Below are positions 1 to 11,104 of a stretch of 64,000 nt of DNA, piece by piece (the first letter of the stretch is position 1; each line of letters begins with the position of its first letter). Origin of the DNA: Euglena gracilis (lineage: Eukaryota). A program made the position numbers and the translations under genes. A model generated the notes under the pieces. The model was not told the origin of the DNA, did no database searches, and was given only the letters and a program-made list of their open reading frames with translations. The stretch spans positions 5,925,693 to 5,989,692 of the forward strand of contig CP154954.1 in the NCBI GenBank assembly GCA_039621445.1, read 5' to 3'.

Positions 1-6
1 CTCGTG

Positions 7-430
7 NNNNNNNNNNNNNNNNNNNNNNNNNNNNNNNNNNNNNNNNNNNNNNNNNNNNNNNNNNNNNNNNNNNNNNNNNNNNNNNNNNNNNNNNNNNNNN
101 NNNNNNNNNNNNNNNNNNNNNNNNNNNNNNNNNNNNNNNNNNNNNNNNNNNNNNNNNNNNNNNNNNNNNNNNNNNNNNNNNNNNNNNNNNNNNNNNNNNN
201 NNNNNNNNNNNNNNNNNNNNNNNNNNNNNNNNNNNNNNNNNNNNNNNNNNNNNNNNNNNNNNNNNNNNNNNNNNNNNNNNNNNNNNNNNNNNNNNNNNNN
301 NNNNNNNNNNNNNNNNNNNNNNNNNNNNNNNNNNNNNNNNNNNNNNNNNNNNNNNNNNNNNNNNNNNNNNNNNNNNNNNNNNNNNNNNNNNNNNNNNNNN
401 NNNNNNNNNNNNNNNNNNNNNNNNNNNNNN
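7..430. other. Assembly gap (N run)
   Basis: Run of N. Confidence 0.99.
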
Positions 431-432
431 AC

Positions 433-3400
433 GGCATACTATGGGTAGTATTCCCACTTCCAAAGGATATACATTTGGTGACACACAAAATGTTCTGTTA
501 CAACTACCAAATTTTCCTCAACGAACACTACGGCCCACACTTCCAAGTGGTCGGAATCGACCTGACATACCCACAAAAATTCGTCGTTTGGTGAACCCAC
601 TGCCACCACAAGTTCCCCGTGGACTTCTGGGGCTTTGGTGTGCGCGGTCGGACAACCGACCGCCCAAACGCACAAAGGGCACAGCCCCACCAACGTGAAT
701 GGGCGGAGGCCCAACAACAACGAAGACTACTTGGACACATCTGCCACAATCCACTCGAAGTCAGGGAAATCGGATACACCAGACGAAACCACCGACAAAT
801 GCTGCTGCACATGCAGACCTTCCAACATAGGGCATGGGTATGCTATGCTCTGGAAATCTACAATTTTCTCAACTCAAAACAACCACTCCCACAAAGAATA
901 CCTCCCTCTTCGAACTGAATGGGACGAAGACGGAAAACGGAAGTACATCAAACGCCTGGTTGGCGAAACCCTCCGACGAAAGGACTTTGCCCCATTTTTC
1001 AGGGGCAAACGTACGTACAAATAAAGATGGGTTGGCCATCCCGATACTGGACTGGCTTCCTCGCGGATCGGGAGGAAACAAATCTGTCGGAGGGCAAAAC
1101 TTCCGTCTGCGACCACGTATAAAACTTGCTGAACCGCAGCCGGTGGAATCCGAAGCGGCGCAGTCTGCATTTGAACAACCCCCAACGGCTGCATCATCTA
1201 CAACGACAACAGATAAAGCAGCAGCGAAGCCCACAACTAAACGCTCAGAAGAACGTTTACCACAACCCCCACCTACACCTGCAATGTCTGTGGAACACAC
1301 TCCCGTACACTTTTCAGACTCTTTGTCCGTTTCCTCTTCTGGGTCATCCAGCGATGAGGAAGTGGAAGAAGGGACGGACAATGAACACAGTACACGCTCC
1401 GTCTCCTCTGCATCCCCGGATTCTGAACACAGAGATGCCAGCGTACAAAATTCTCTAAGGGGCGAAGCGCCAGTTACAATGCCTGGTCAGACAAGACCAC
1501 AAACACCATTACCAGACGTGGAACCCGACGCACTTACAGAACTTCCAGTGGCCGAAGAGCCTACAGCACCTACGATGGCCGAAGTGCCTGTAGACTCTAC
1601 AACGGCTGCAGTGCCTTCGTCAGACACGCTTCCACCCACCTCCGCACGTGCGGAAGGTGACCGAGAAATCACTGACGAAGAAATGGAAGCACTACATGCA
1701 GAGCGTGAACAAATACGACGTGAATACCCCCTCGGTATTCACAGCCGTGGGAATCCAGACCCCGACGACTTCATACTCATACCACCACAAGTCGGACGCG
1801 CTGCAGAACGCGTCCTCGGAAGCGTCCGAAGTGGCATAGCGTCGATGGTTGCAATGGTGCGATCGAGGTCTTCCTCTTCAACGCGAAGTCACCGTGACAC
1901 GGGACTTGACGAAGAACCCACACAAGAAGCTACGGCTTCCACCACAGCACTGGCAGCAGACGCAGCCAGTTCTACTCCTGATGTCCAAACACCTGAAGTG
2001 TTGACAACAACCAAAGCGACTATGGTCGAAGCAACACCACCACATGACCCAACACACGTAGTGGTACACACCCCTGAACAGGTGGTACCGACGGCTCCTG
2101 ACGTACAACCTACTATCGCACCAACTGCCAAACCTGCTCCAAAGTCTCCTGCATAACGCCCCCTCCGCCACAGCGGAAAGAGAAAGGCAGTAAGCCTAAG
2201 GCTAAACTACAGCCTGCGGGAACCGTACAAACCTGCTGAACGACACAACGAGCCAAAATCTGCTCCACCTTGGAGTTGTAACAAATCTGGAAAGCGGGCG
2301 AAGACCCCAGGTGCTACCACACCAGCACCAACGTATACCGAAGTGGCCGGGAAAGCCGGGTCACTTCCACCCTTCGAGGTGGAACTCGAAAAGATACAAC
2401 GTCTGAGACCTCGCAAGAGGAAAACATGCCGGTTGACGATAATGCCGCCCTTTGGCAAGAGGACATTATCTCCAACCTGCCGAGCGTCGAAGAACGCATT
2501 GCCATGATACACTAAGCCCGCGAACGCGGAAACTTATTGAACAAGTGGATTGAACCACTCTTCTTCAACGAACAGAAGTATAACTACTGTGTTCGCCATA
2601 TTCGGCGATTCTACAATGCCAGATCACCAAGAGTGTTTGCCCAATACCTTGGGAAAACATTCCTGTTTCAGAATATGCCGAATGGCCAAATAACTTGGCT
2701 CTGTACTCTTTGTCACAACATTCGTAACAGCATGCCAGCTGTGCATGTCTGTTATGCAGACAACAAACATAAAAAACTTTCAGTACAATGAGTTCGTTCC
2801 AAACACAGCCGCTCTGATTTGCGGTGATTGTCTGCTTGCCTAGAGACAACTGAACAACTTCCGATGGTCGGAAGAAGACAGAGACCGTGACGTACAAGTT
2901 TTCTGTGTCAACTGCTTACACGCAGACATATAGTTGCCCGCAGATGGCGGAAATCTCAAGATCGTACCAGGAAACGAGGACGTTCTGGAAGATTTCCTGA
3001 ATTTCTACAAAACAAAACGACAAATTTACCAGCACAAAAGCTTCAATAAAGCTGAAGCTTTTGACCGCGGCGGAATAGCCTTTGACTTCCAAACTGATTC
3101 CGGCGGAATAAGACTTGCTGTGGAATGTACAAAAGGGCGATTGCTCCTACTCTTCAATGATGACGACTGGAAACGAGTTATTTACCCACTGTTTACAAAG
3201 CCTTCAACGGTTTCTGAAACCACACAACGATGGTTACTACCTGACGACCGACCTGAACGACATGGTTACAAACATTATTCAGAATGTGTTGGCACCATTC
3301 TCATACCACACATAACCCGCTGTGCCTGTGCATCCTGCGCGCACAACGTTGATTTCAACGCTCTGCCTGGAATGCCACCACTGGTACCAGCAAACCATCC

Positions 3401-3856
3401 AAGATGGACGTATTACGTATGGCCCGCAACTTTTCCCAGAGTTTTCTGGGAAAATTTGCAGATTTACCTCCACAAGCGAGCTGAAACGCTCAAAACCGAA
3501 CTTCCCAAGGTAATCCAAGAAGTGAAAAGTTGGGTCTTCCCACGGATCAAGATGGATGATCCTGACAAGGATACCCTAGACTTTCGTCCAACCGAAATGA
3601 CCTTGGCACAAGACCCACACATGGGTGAGTACTTCAAGAAAACGCGCAAACGTTGAGGGTTTCCTACCTCGTACAATCAGCTACAGCTGAGATGGGTGTA
3701 GTCCTACATAATGAGCGAAGTCTCGAGCGTGAATACGCACTTCATCATTGCGTTCAACACCGTTTCAAGACCCTGTGGCAGAATCGCCTTAAGTTCGGTC
3801 GACAACACGTTGATCGCGAAGATTCAAGACTACAAAGACACTACGGTGTCAAGTAA
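433..3856 (+). pseudogene. Degenerate large ORF of unknown function in LTR element A (Cys-containing N-domain, P/T/E/A-rich linker, Cys/Trp-rich C-domain)
   Basis: Frameshifted pieces 433-594, 635-1024, 834-2156, 2537-2791, 2934-3656 and 3653-3856. They align by eye with the minus-strand copy at 7231-10930: WLCTLCH/WLCLVCH, FCVNCL/LCVNCL, QTDSGGIRLA/QIDSGAIRLA, ANHPRWTYYVWPATFPRVFWENLQ/ANHPRINYFIWQATLPRKFWEKLQ. Confidence 0.7.
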
Positions 3857-4039
3857 GACGACGCACAAAGCACAGCATGCGCGCCAGAATTATTGTACGC
3901 TTTGTGCTCCAAACACGGTAACCGTAATTGGGAACCAGACCGTGGTATCCTGGTACTTTCTCCCTGAACCTGGGACTGTGCCTGGCATACCGACTGGCCT
4001 GGTCCAGAAGGGAAATCGGGCAGAACCCTGGGAGGGGGA

Positions 4040-4470
4040 TGTGTACCAGGCAGCCATTCTGCCATGGCACTGTGTACCAGATTCAATGGGCTACGGCCTA
4101 CAATCTAGCTACGGCCGGGCTGTACACAGTGACAGGGTTAAACCATAAGACAAAGAGAGAATCTCAGAGCTAGCGAAAGCTTAGCGACAGTAACTGGTTC
4201 CTAATTCAAGGTTACAGGGTTTGGTGCTTTGCAACTCTCTTTTAGAATTATGAGGACGAAGTCCCATTTGAATAGAAGTTTTAGTTCTTTCTTTTACAAA
4301 GCTCGAAAGAGCAAAAATCACTTTCATATAAGGGACTGCGGTCCCAACAATTCTCTTTGCCTTTGTGCTTTGCAATTAAAAGGGGGAAGGGAAACAAACT
4401 TTACTGTTACTCCCCCCCGGGCTTTTTGGGAGGAAACCTTAAGTACAAAAGCCGGGGTGGGACGTACACC
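4040..4470 (+). repeat. 3' LTR of element A
   Basis: Termini TGTGTACC...GGACGTACAC, preceded by the PPT, about 430 bp. Confidence 0.75.
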
Positions 4471-4524
4471 TTGACCCATCTTTGAGAACAAACAACAACA
4501 TAATAACATTATCTGGTGTCCACC

Positions 4525-5921
4525 TCATCCACCGGTCACTTTAGCGGGTGAAGTCGAGAAGTACCCGCGCCCGGCCACTGGGAAACCCCCCGCTCCTTCC
4601 CCCAGGAAACATCGCCGTGGACAAGTGGACCTCTTACATCCGCCCCAGGTGGTCGTTCCGGAATTTCCTGAAGGGGTATTAGGTGGACTCCCTGCAGGAC
4701 ACGTGGCCAGCCCGGCCGCCTTGGCGGCCGCAGGTAGATGCCTCTTGGCACAGACGGGTGCATGTGACCTTGGCCCCGGGACGGTCTCCCCGGCCACCAC
4801 TGCACCGGCGGCCAGCTCGTCTCCGGACCCCCCTGGACCGGCTGTTATCGCCCAGGCAGTAGGTCAGTGCCCAGCGGCGTTCGCCGCCCCCTTTTTCCCG
4901 CCGGGCTTGCAACTAACTCCTCCGGGTCCTCACCCCGCAATGGTTGCTACCGCGACGGCCCTTACAGGGTTGCCACCCGCTGTCTTGGCCGTCTTCACCC
5001 CGGTACCCTGCCCCCCAGCCAGCACTGACCCAAGCAAGCGGTATGTTTGCGAGTACCCCATCTGCCTGCGAGCACATGAGAGCCGGGGGACACTAATCAC
5101 ACATCTACAGCGTACACCACACTCATTTAAGCCTGCTCTGCGGAGACTACATACGGGACCTACGCGTCTGGTTTTGCCCACACTGCTGCCGGTTGTCACC
5201 GCTCACAGGCTTGTGTGGAGGGAACTCTTGTGCCCTCATCGACCAGGTGAACGCGTTGCTCGACGCGCTCGGGCGATGCGTGACGGTCCTTCCGGCCCGG
5301 AACAACGCGCGCCTCACGAGATTGCGATCGTGGCCACCGCCCCACCCCGGGTGACAGCCGTGCCACTTGAACCAACCTTGGACTCTGCCAGCCAGCCCAC
5401 AGTGCCCAACATTGAGGCCCTGTTCCAACTGCACTGTCCTCTGCTGCGGCACAACCCCAGAGGGGCAAGGACCGCCCTGGGCCATTGCCTGGCTGAACTC
5501 ATTCACCACCTTTTATCTTGATCGACCTGGGAATCGGTTTTTTACCTTTACCCGTTTCTGCCTCCGCGCCGAAACTCGCGGCGGTGCCTCCGAGAGAGCA
5601 CAGAGAGCGCTGCGTGACCTCGTCACCGACCAGGCTCTGCGGTTGCCCACGCTGTCTGTCCCTGCCATTTGGACAGAGCTCTCTGACTGCGAAAGCACCA
5701 GAATGAACCGCATGACACGGAAACGGGAAAGGTCGCCCGATCCTGAGCTTGACCAGCCACCTGCCGGTTGTGACGAACACCTCCTCCGCTCCCTTCGCTC
5801 GCTGGTGACTGAAGGCGCCTTCTCGAAAGCAGCCAAACGCCTTCTCAGCAAGGGGATACACGACCCCCGTTCTGAAGACGTCCTGTCTGCCCTGAGGGCC
5901 CTCCACCCGCAGGGAGCCGGA
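4525..5921 (+). mobile_element. 5' fragment of a CRE-clade (RLE) non-LTR retrotransposon, truncated by the LTR of element B
   Basis: C2H2-like finger CEYPICLRAHESRGTLITHLQRTPH in ORF 4625-5521. Pre-RT motif GAFSKAAKRLLSKG...LSALRALHPQG in ORF 5367-6110, typical of CRE-like RTs. Coding similarity stops at the LTR junction at 5922. Confidence 0.65.
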
Positions 5922-6349
5922 AGTGTACGTCCAAAGATTTCCATTTTCCCCTTTTTGGGACTTTCTGAAAAAGCCTTTCGCTTTCGCCTTGGTGCGCAAC
6001 CTACTTATGGTAGGGAAAAGTCTTTGAAGAAACAAAAAGAGGTTTTTCCCTTTGTCCCCAATTCCTCAAGAGGCAATGCACAATACAAAGACTTCAGAAG
6101 TTTTCTCTGAAGTCAAGTTCATTTGTTTCGAGGGGTTTTCTCTCAGACAAAAGCAATGGTGAAAGTTTGGAAGCTTGACAGTAAAGAATACCACCTGTGG
6201 GGGAAGGAGAGAAAAGTGCTGACGTGTCCAGGGGCCGATCCCAGAATGGTCTGCCACGATCGTACCAGCTGTGGTTTCGACAGCTGGTGCGACCATCACA
6301 GAACCCACTCTGCAGATATCCTACAGAGCTGGGACGTGCCTGGTAAACA
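5922..6349 (-). repeat. 3' LTR of element B
   Basis: Minus strand reads PPT-like GGGAGCAGGA, then TGTTTACCAGGCA ... GGACGTACACT. The upstream sequence is homologous to 30830-30867 and 3996-4039. Confidence 0.72.
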
Positions 6350-7230
6350 TCCTGCTCCCAGGGCTACGCCCGATTTCCTTCATGGACCAGGGATTCCCAG
6401 GTCCAGTCAGGATATCTGACGCTTCCCCGGTGGGGTTCACTTCATACTCCATTTGGTGTCTCTCCTTTCAGCACAGTGGCATCCACCCAAAGCACAAAAA
6501 CACGCAAAAGGTTAGCCGCGTTTCGCGGTTAACTATTAGCCGTTTCGGCTTAGGTGGGGTGTGAAAAGCCCACTGTGGGAAACGGGGCTGGCAGGTTTCC
6601 TGTCAAAGTGTCCCATCCACCCACTTTGCGTGTGCCAAAGGCACGCGGGGTTGGTCAAGCGGTATTCGCTGAAAACCCAAGGGGAGAGGTGTGGAAGTGG
6701 GGGGCCGGCTCCTATCCTGGTCACACCAGGATAGCGCTCCTATGCAGTCATATCAGCACTAGGAAACTAAAGCCTACGTACAGAACCGACTGCCGGCGAC
6801 AGCTTTGCGGGGTGGGAGGAAAGTAGAGAGGAGAGGGGGGCTGGTTTAGGCCAAAACAGACTTTTTGCTTTCTGGCAGCCTTAAGGAGCCTTAGGGCCGA
6901 AAAGTGACAAGTTGGCCTATTATTACGGCGTGTGCGCTGTGTGCTGTGTGTCACTTAGCGGCTTGCCAGGTTTCCCGGCTTCCAAGGTCTTCACAGCAGC
7001 AGCTTCCTCACGACGTGATAAGAGGCGCTTACCTCCTGCAGACGGTTTCCGTCCGCACCGCCAATGTTGGTGGGGGAGGCTCATGGATACCTCCATCCAG
7101 AGCTCGTGACAGACCTGGGTTCATCCCAAGGCTGCTTAGCTGTTTCTGCTATCAGTGTATGCTCCATCAGGGGGTCCAGGCTCCATGCAGGCGATTACCT
7201 TACATGGGGTCTGGTAATGCCTTTTCGGCA

Positions 7231-10200
7231 TTATATCCTTTCGAACAGCCAATAATCATGGCGGGAGTCCAGGGGATCTTCCACGAGCACCATATGAAAT
7301 TGCAGTGGTGGTGGCCTGTCTACGAGCCAGGTTTCTGGCGATTCGTAATCAAAGTCAGGTGCCACCCAGTCCCGAACCCATCCTTCGGGGACTGTGTGTT
7401 TGGTTGCACTCGCTCTTCCCGCGAGGAACCACTGCAGCTTCTCCCAGAATTTCCTGGGCAGAGTAGCTTGCCAGATGAAGTAGTTAATCCGTGGGTGATT
7501 GGCTGACACTTGCGGGGCATTCCCGGGTGGAAGTCAATGGGCATGTGATGTGCACATTCCGCGCGGACTGTATAGGGTCGTAATACGGCCCCAGGCCAGT
7601 CTTTCCAGGTTAACCCGTGGTTTTCGGGTGGCCATTGTGGCAGGCACCAGCGACCATTTTGGTCCTGGGCTTTGAACAGACGGAAAAGTATCTTTTCCCT
7701 GTACGCTGTCTCACAGAGGTAAGGTAATCATACCCCTGCCTCCTCAGCAGCGAGGCGTATCGCCCCACTGTCGATCTGCCACCCACGGGCCATTCCCGTG
7801 TGGCAGTAGTCGTCAAGCTTGAGGTTGGAGTACTTGAAAAATTCCTTGTACTTTTTGTGCAAGGTGGCGTATTCCTCCAGTGGCTTCTGAGCGTTTGGCA
7901 CGATTGCGGGTACTGCGCCTTCCGCAGTGTGCCAGAAGGTACCTCGAAGGCAGTTGACGCAGAGCAGTGGTACATTCGTACCATCTCGCTCCGTGTAGTG
8001 AAAATTGTGCTTGTGGGTCCAACTGTCCACGCACTTGGCGCTTACCAAGGCGGCACAGTTGGGGATATATACATCCTTGTGGAACATTATCCGATCCACA
8101 GGGTTGCGCACGTGGGCGAGGGGTAATCCCAAGTCAGGTGCACTGTTGTACATCCTGTGGCATACGAGGCAAAGCCACACAAAACGGTTTACCGTCGTTT
8201 TTTCGACGAGGAATTCCTCGCCGAAGTGTTGGGCCAAAACGCGTGGAGAATCTGGAATTGTAATAATTCCAGGTAACGGGTCTGATCAAAGGACCATTTT
8301 CGGCCCTGACAGAACAGTGGCTCAATCCATCGATTGAGACATTGATTTGTCCTCAATTTGTGGTCGATCACCATGTACCTGTTCTTCAGGTCGTGAGTCT
8401 CAGGATCATCCTAAGTGATCGCGTTCCAGTCGATGATAACTTCGTCTTCCGAAGGTGTCTCATCCGTGGAGGCGCGGGATTTTCCCTGCCCCTTTGCCTG
8501 TGGTTTCGGCTGTGAGGTTTGCCCATATCCGGATGACGTGACGTGTGTTAATCCTTGTCCCGAGGTTGATCCCCGAGAAGAGGATGCAGCACCCTGGCCG
8601 CCAGCACCACCACCGCCTTTCGGTGGGAACTGGTCACCAGATTTTTTTGTGGGTTTGCAAGGTGCGGCGCCCGGCTTTGATTTGGCCGGGGGCTTCAGGC
8701 TTCCGGTTTCCGGAGTATCCGAGGGCCGCCGCTCGGCGTCGCGCTTGCTTGCTCAGGTGCGTGGTGACGCTTGGGACGGGGGTCTTTTCCCCGACACCGA
8801 GCGTCCGTGACCTTCAGCAGGGGTTTCCCGAGCTGAGGGTCGCCCTACGCGTTCCTCCGCGGCACCCGTGGGTTTCCCAGGGGTAGCCGTGGGGGATGGT
8901 GTGGGTGCAGGCGTGGACGGTGCACTTCGCGCTGGTTGAGCCTGTGGGGGAGGCATGGACGTCAGCTCGGACTGTTTTTCAGGCGCCGGTGTCCGTGTGC
9001 CTTGACGCTTCTGTGCAGTGGTTGTGGTTGTGCCTGTAGGTGCAGGTTCATCCCGTGCCTCTGGTGGCACTGTCGGTGCTGGTACAGGTTCATCCTGTAC
9101 TGGCCCGGTGGGTGTTGTCTCCACTGCCATTTCTGTCTGTTCACCTTCCTTCCGTGTCGCTTCCGACATTGGCGGTGGCGCCGCCGTTGGGGGAGGTTCA
9201 TCCTCCACCATGGCTGCAGTGTCAGGTGTTTCTTCCGCCGGCTGGGCAGTTTCCGCCTCAGCTGTGGAAGAACTGGCCGCAGTGCCACGTGGAGTGACGA
9301 CTGCGATCAGTGACCGTAAACCACCAAGTACGCGTCCATCCAGCGAGGTGCGGCACTCAGGTCCTTCACCTGAAGTGGGCTCTTCCGCTGGCTCCGCTGT
9401 CGACGGGGTTTCCACGGGGACAGCGAGCTTGAGGCGTAATACCTCAGGCGTGTGGGGTACCGTCTCCGGCGGGTTTTCCCGCGTAGGGGTTGGTACGCCT
9501 GTCCTACTCAGTGAGGTTGGTGACGGTGGTACAGGGGTCATTTCACCTGCGGGCGATCCTGGGCGCTGGGCAGTTTCTGCCACAGTGTCCAGCATCACTA
9601 AAGATGGGCTACGGGTTTCCTGTGCCGGAGGTTCCGCTGGCTGAGGTTCATCCTCGGCCATGGGGACCGCTTCCTTCTCCTCCTCCGCTTCCGGAGGGGA
9701 TTCGGTTGTCTGTAGTTGAGCTGCAGAACGCGGATCTTTTCCGCTCCTGTAGCACAATTGTGCATCTGCCAAGCGGTAAAAGCTTATATTTTCACTGCTG
9801 TCAGAGTTGGGCTATGGGGGCGGCCATGACGCTCTTACCCAGCTTCCGGGTGGAGGTTCTGGCTCGTCCTCACTGATCATGCAGAGGTCTTCCCACTGCA
9901 TTCGACGGTTCCAGCTCATGCCGTAAATTTATTCTCCTGTGTCTTCCAGGAAAGCGGGTAGCGGCGGGGCATAATGTGGCTGTTTTTCCACGTTTGCCGC
10001 GAAAAAGTCTTGGAAGTCCTCCCAGATCAGGATATTCCCGAACTGGGTGTCGAGTGCTCCCGGAGACCGATTTCGGCCTCCTGCCAGTCCGGCCGCAGGT
10101 TCATCCTGCGTCGGTCTGGGTCATTCAGTCTGGATCCACCTCGATGTATCCTCGAGGTAGCCACCTCCTGTGGATATCCACATCAGTGGTCATGTATTCC

Positions 10201-10930
10201 AGAGATATAAACCTCCAGGACGTAAGTAGTCCACGCCCTGTGCCAGTATTGTGGCAGCAGAAATATTTTCTGCCGGTGCTGTTTCAGCACATTTCTGTCT
10301 TGCGTTCCGATCTGGGGATTCCGGCACTGATGCAGGAAGAATCTACTGGTCGGCTGGCTGCCGACATTCTCGGCAGTAGGAGGCGGTTAACCGCGTTCTC
10401 CAAAACCCCAGAAGTCAACAATGTGTACTTCTTTGCAAAACCGGCATACCAGTTTGTACCGCTGGGGGTACGCGAGGTCGACGTCCAGGACCTTGCAATC
10501 TGCAAATCCACTTGGACAGCATGTATGGCACGCTGTTCAATGTGAACATTACCGCGGCCTGCGCCTGGAGTTTCTCCGGCAGGGGGTAATATTTCCACTG
10601 GATAACCAGTGCTCCGACGGAATACAGGTGCGTGAAGATTTCCTTCAGCTGTGCGACGAACCTTTCGTCGTCTTCACAAGTATTCATACAGTCGATGTAC
10701 GTCAGACCGTTTCGGTCGGTAAAAATGCCGAAGTTCTGGCAGGGGTATCCCAACCAGAGCCACAGCTCCCAGAAACCGGACATCCGGTCCAGGACGACTT
10801 CATCCGAATGAGGGTATCCCTCAAATGCATGAAGTTAGGCACTGTAGAAAGATCTTTTGCTGTGATCGTACATACGATTATGCACCACTTCGAGCACCTC
10901 TTCCGGTGGTCGGTGTGGTTTTGCTGTTTC
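7231..10930 (-). pseudogene. Second, divergent copy of the large unassigned extra ORF (element B)
   Basis: Pieces 10415-10783, 8753-9772 (P/T/E-rich linker), 7728-8237, 7610-7984 and 7231-7509. N-domain matches copy A: IQWKYYPLPEKLQAQAAVMF vs ILWVVFPLPKDIHLVTHKMF, and CHNTGTGRGLLTSWR vs CRPSNIGHGYAMLWK. Confidence 0.7.
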
Positions 10931-11104
10931 GCTGATTTGTGATTTGCTTTTGGCTGTGGGAGGTGTCGTTGCCCTTCCCGGGGTTGACCCCGGTGAACTC
11001 TTCCGACTCCCCGATTGCCTCCCCCATCGATTTTCAGCACCCACCGACCATGAACGCCTAAACCCTTGACAGCCTGGGAATGAAACAGAACTCTGTAAGG
11101 CGTC

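Larger units (their letters stand above)
431..4470 (+). mobile_element. 3' part of LTR retrotransposon (element A): large extra ORF, PPT, 3' LTR
   Basis: PPT GGGAGGGGGA at 4030-4039 is directly followed by TGTGTACCAGGCAG, as at 30858-30880. The segment ends GGACGTACAC at 4469, like the other LTRs. The 5' part is lost in the gap. Confidence 0.75.

Noticed and set aside
3315-3370. CASCAHNVDFNA resembles the TnpB/Fanzor CxxC...DxNAA motif
   Set aside because: The RD of the motif is missing, the NA is not kept in copy B (CAHHMPIDFHPG), and I see no RuvC-I or RuvC-II motifs. The context is an LTR element.
4520-4630. Possible HDV-like ribozyme at the 5' end of the CRE fragment
   Set aside because: I could not build the nested double-pseudoknot pairing by eye.
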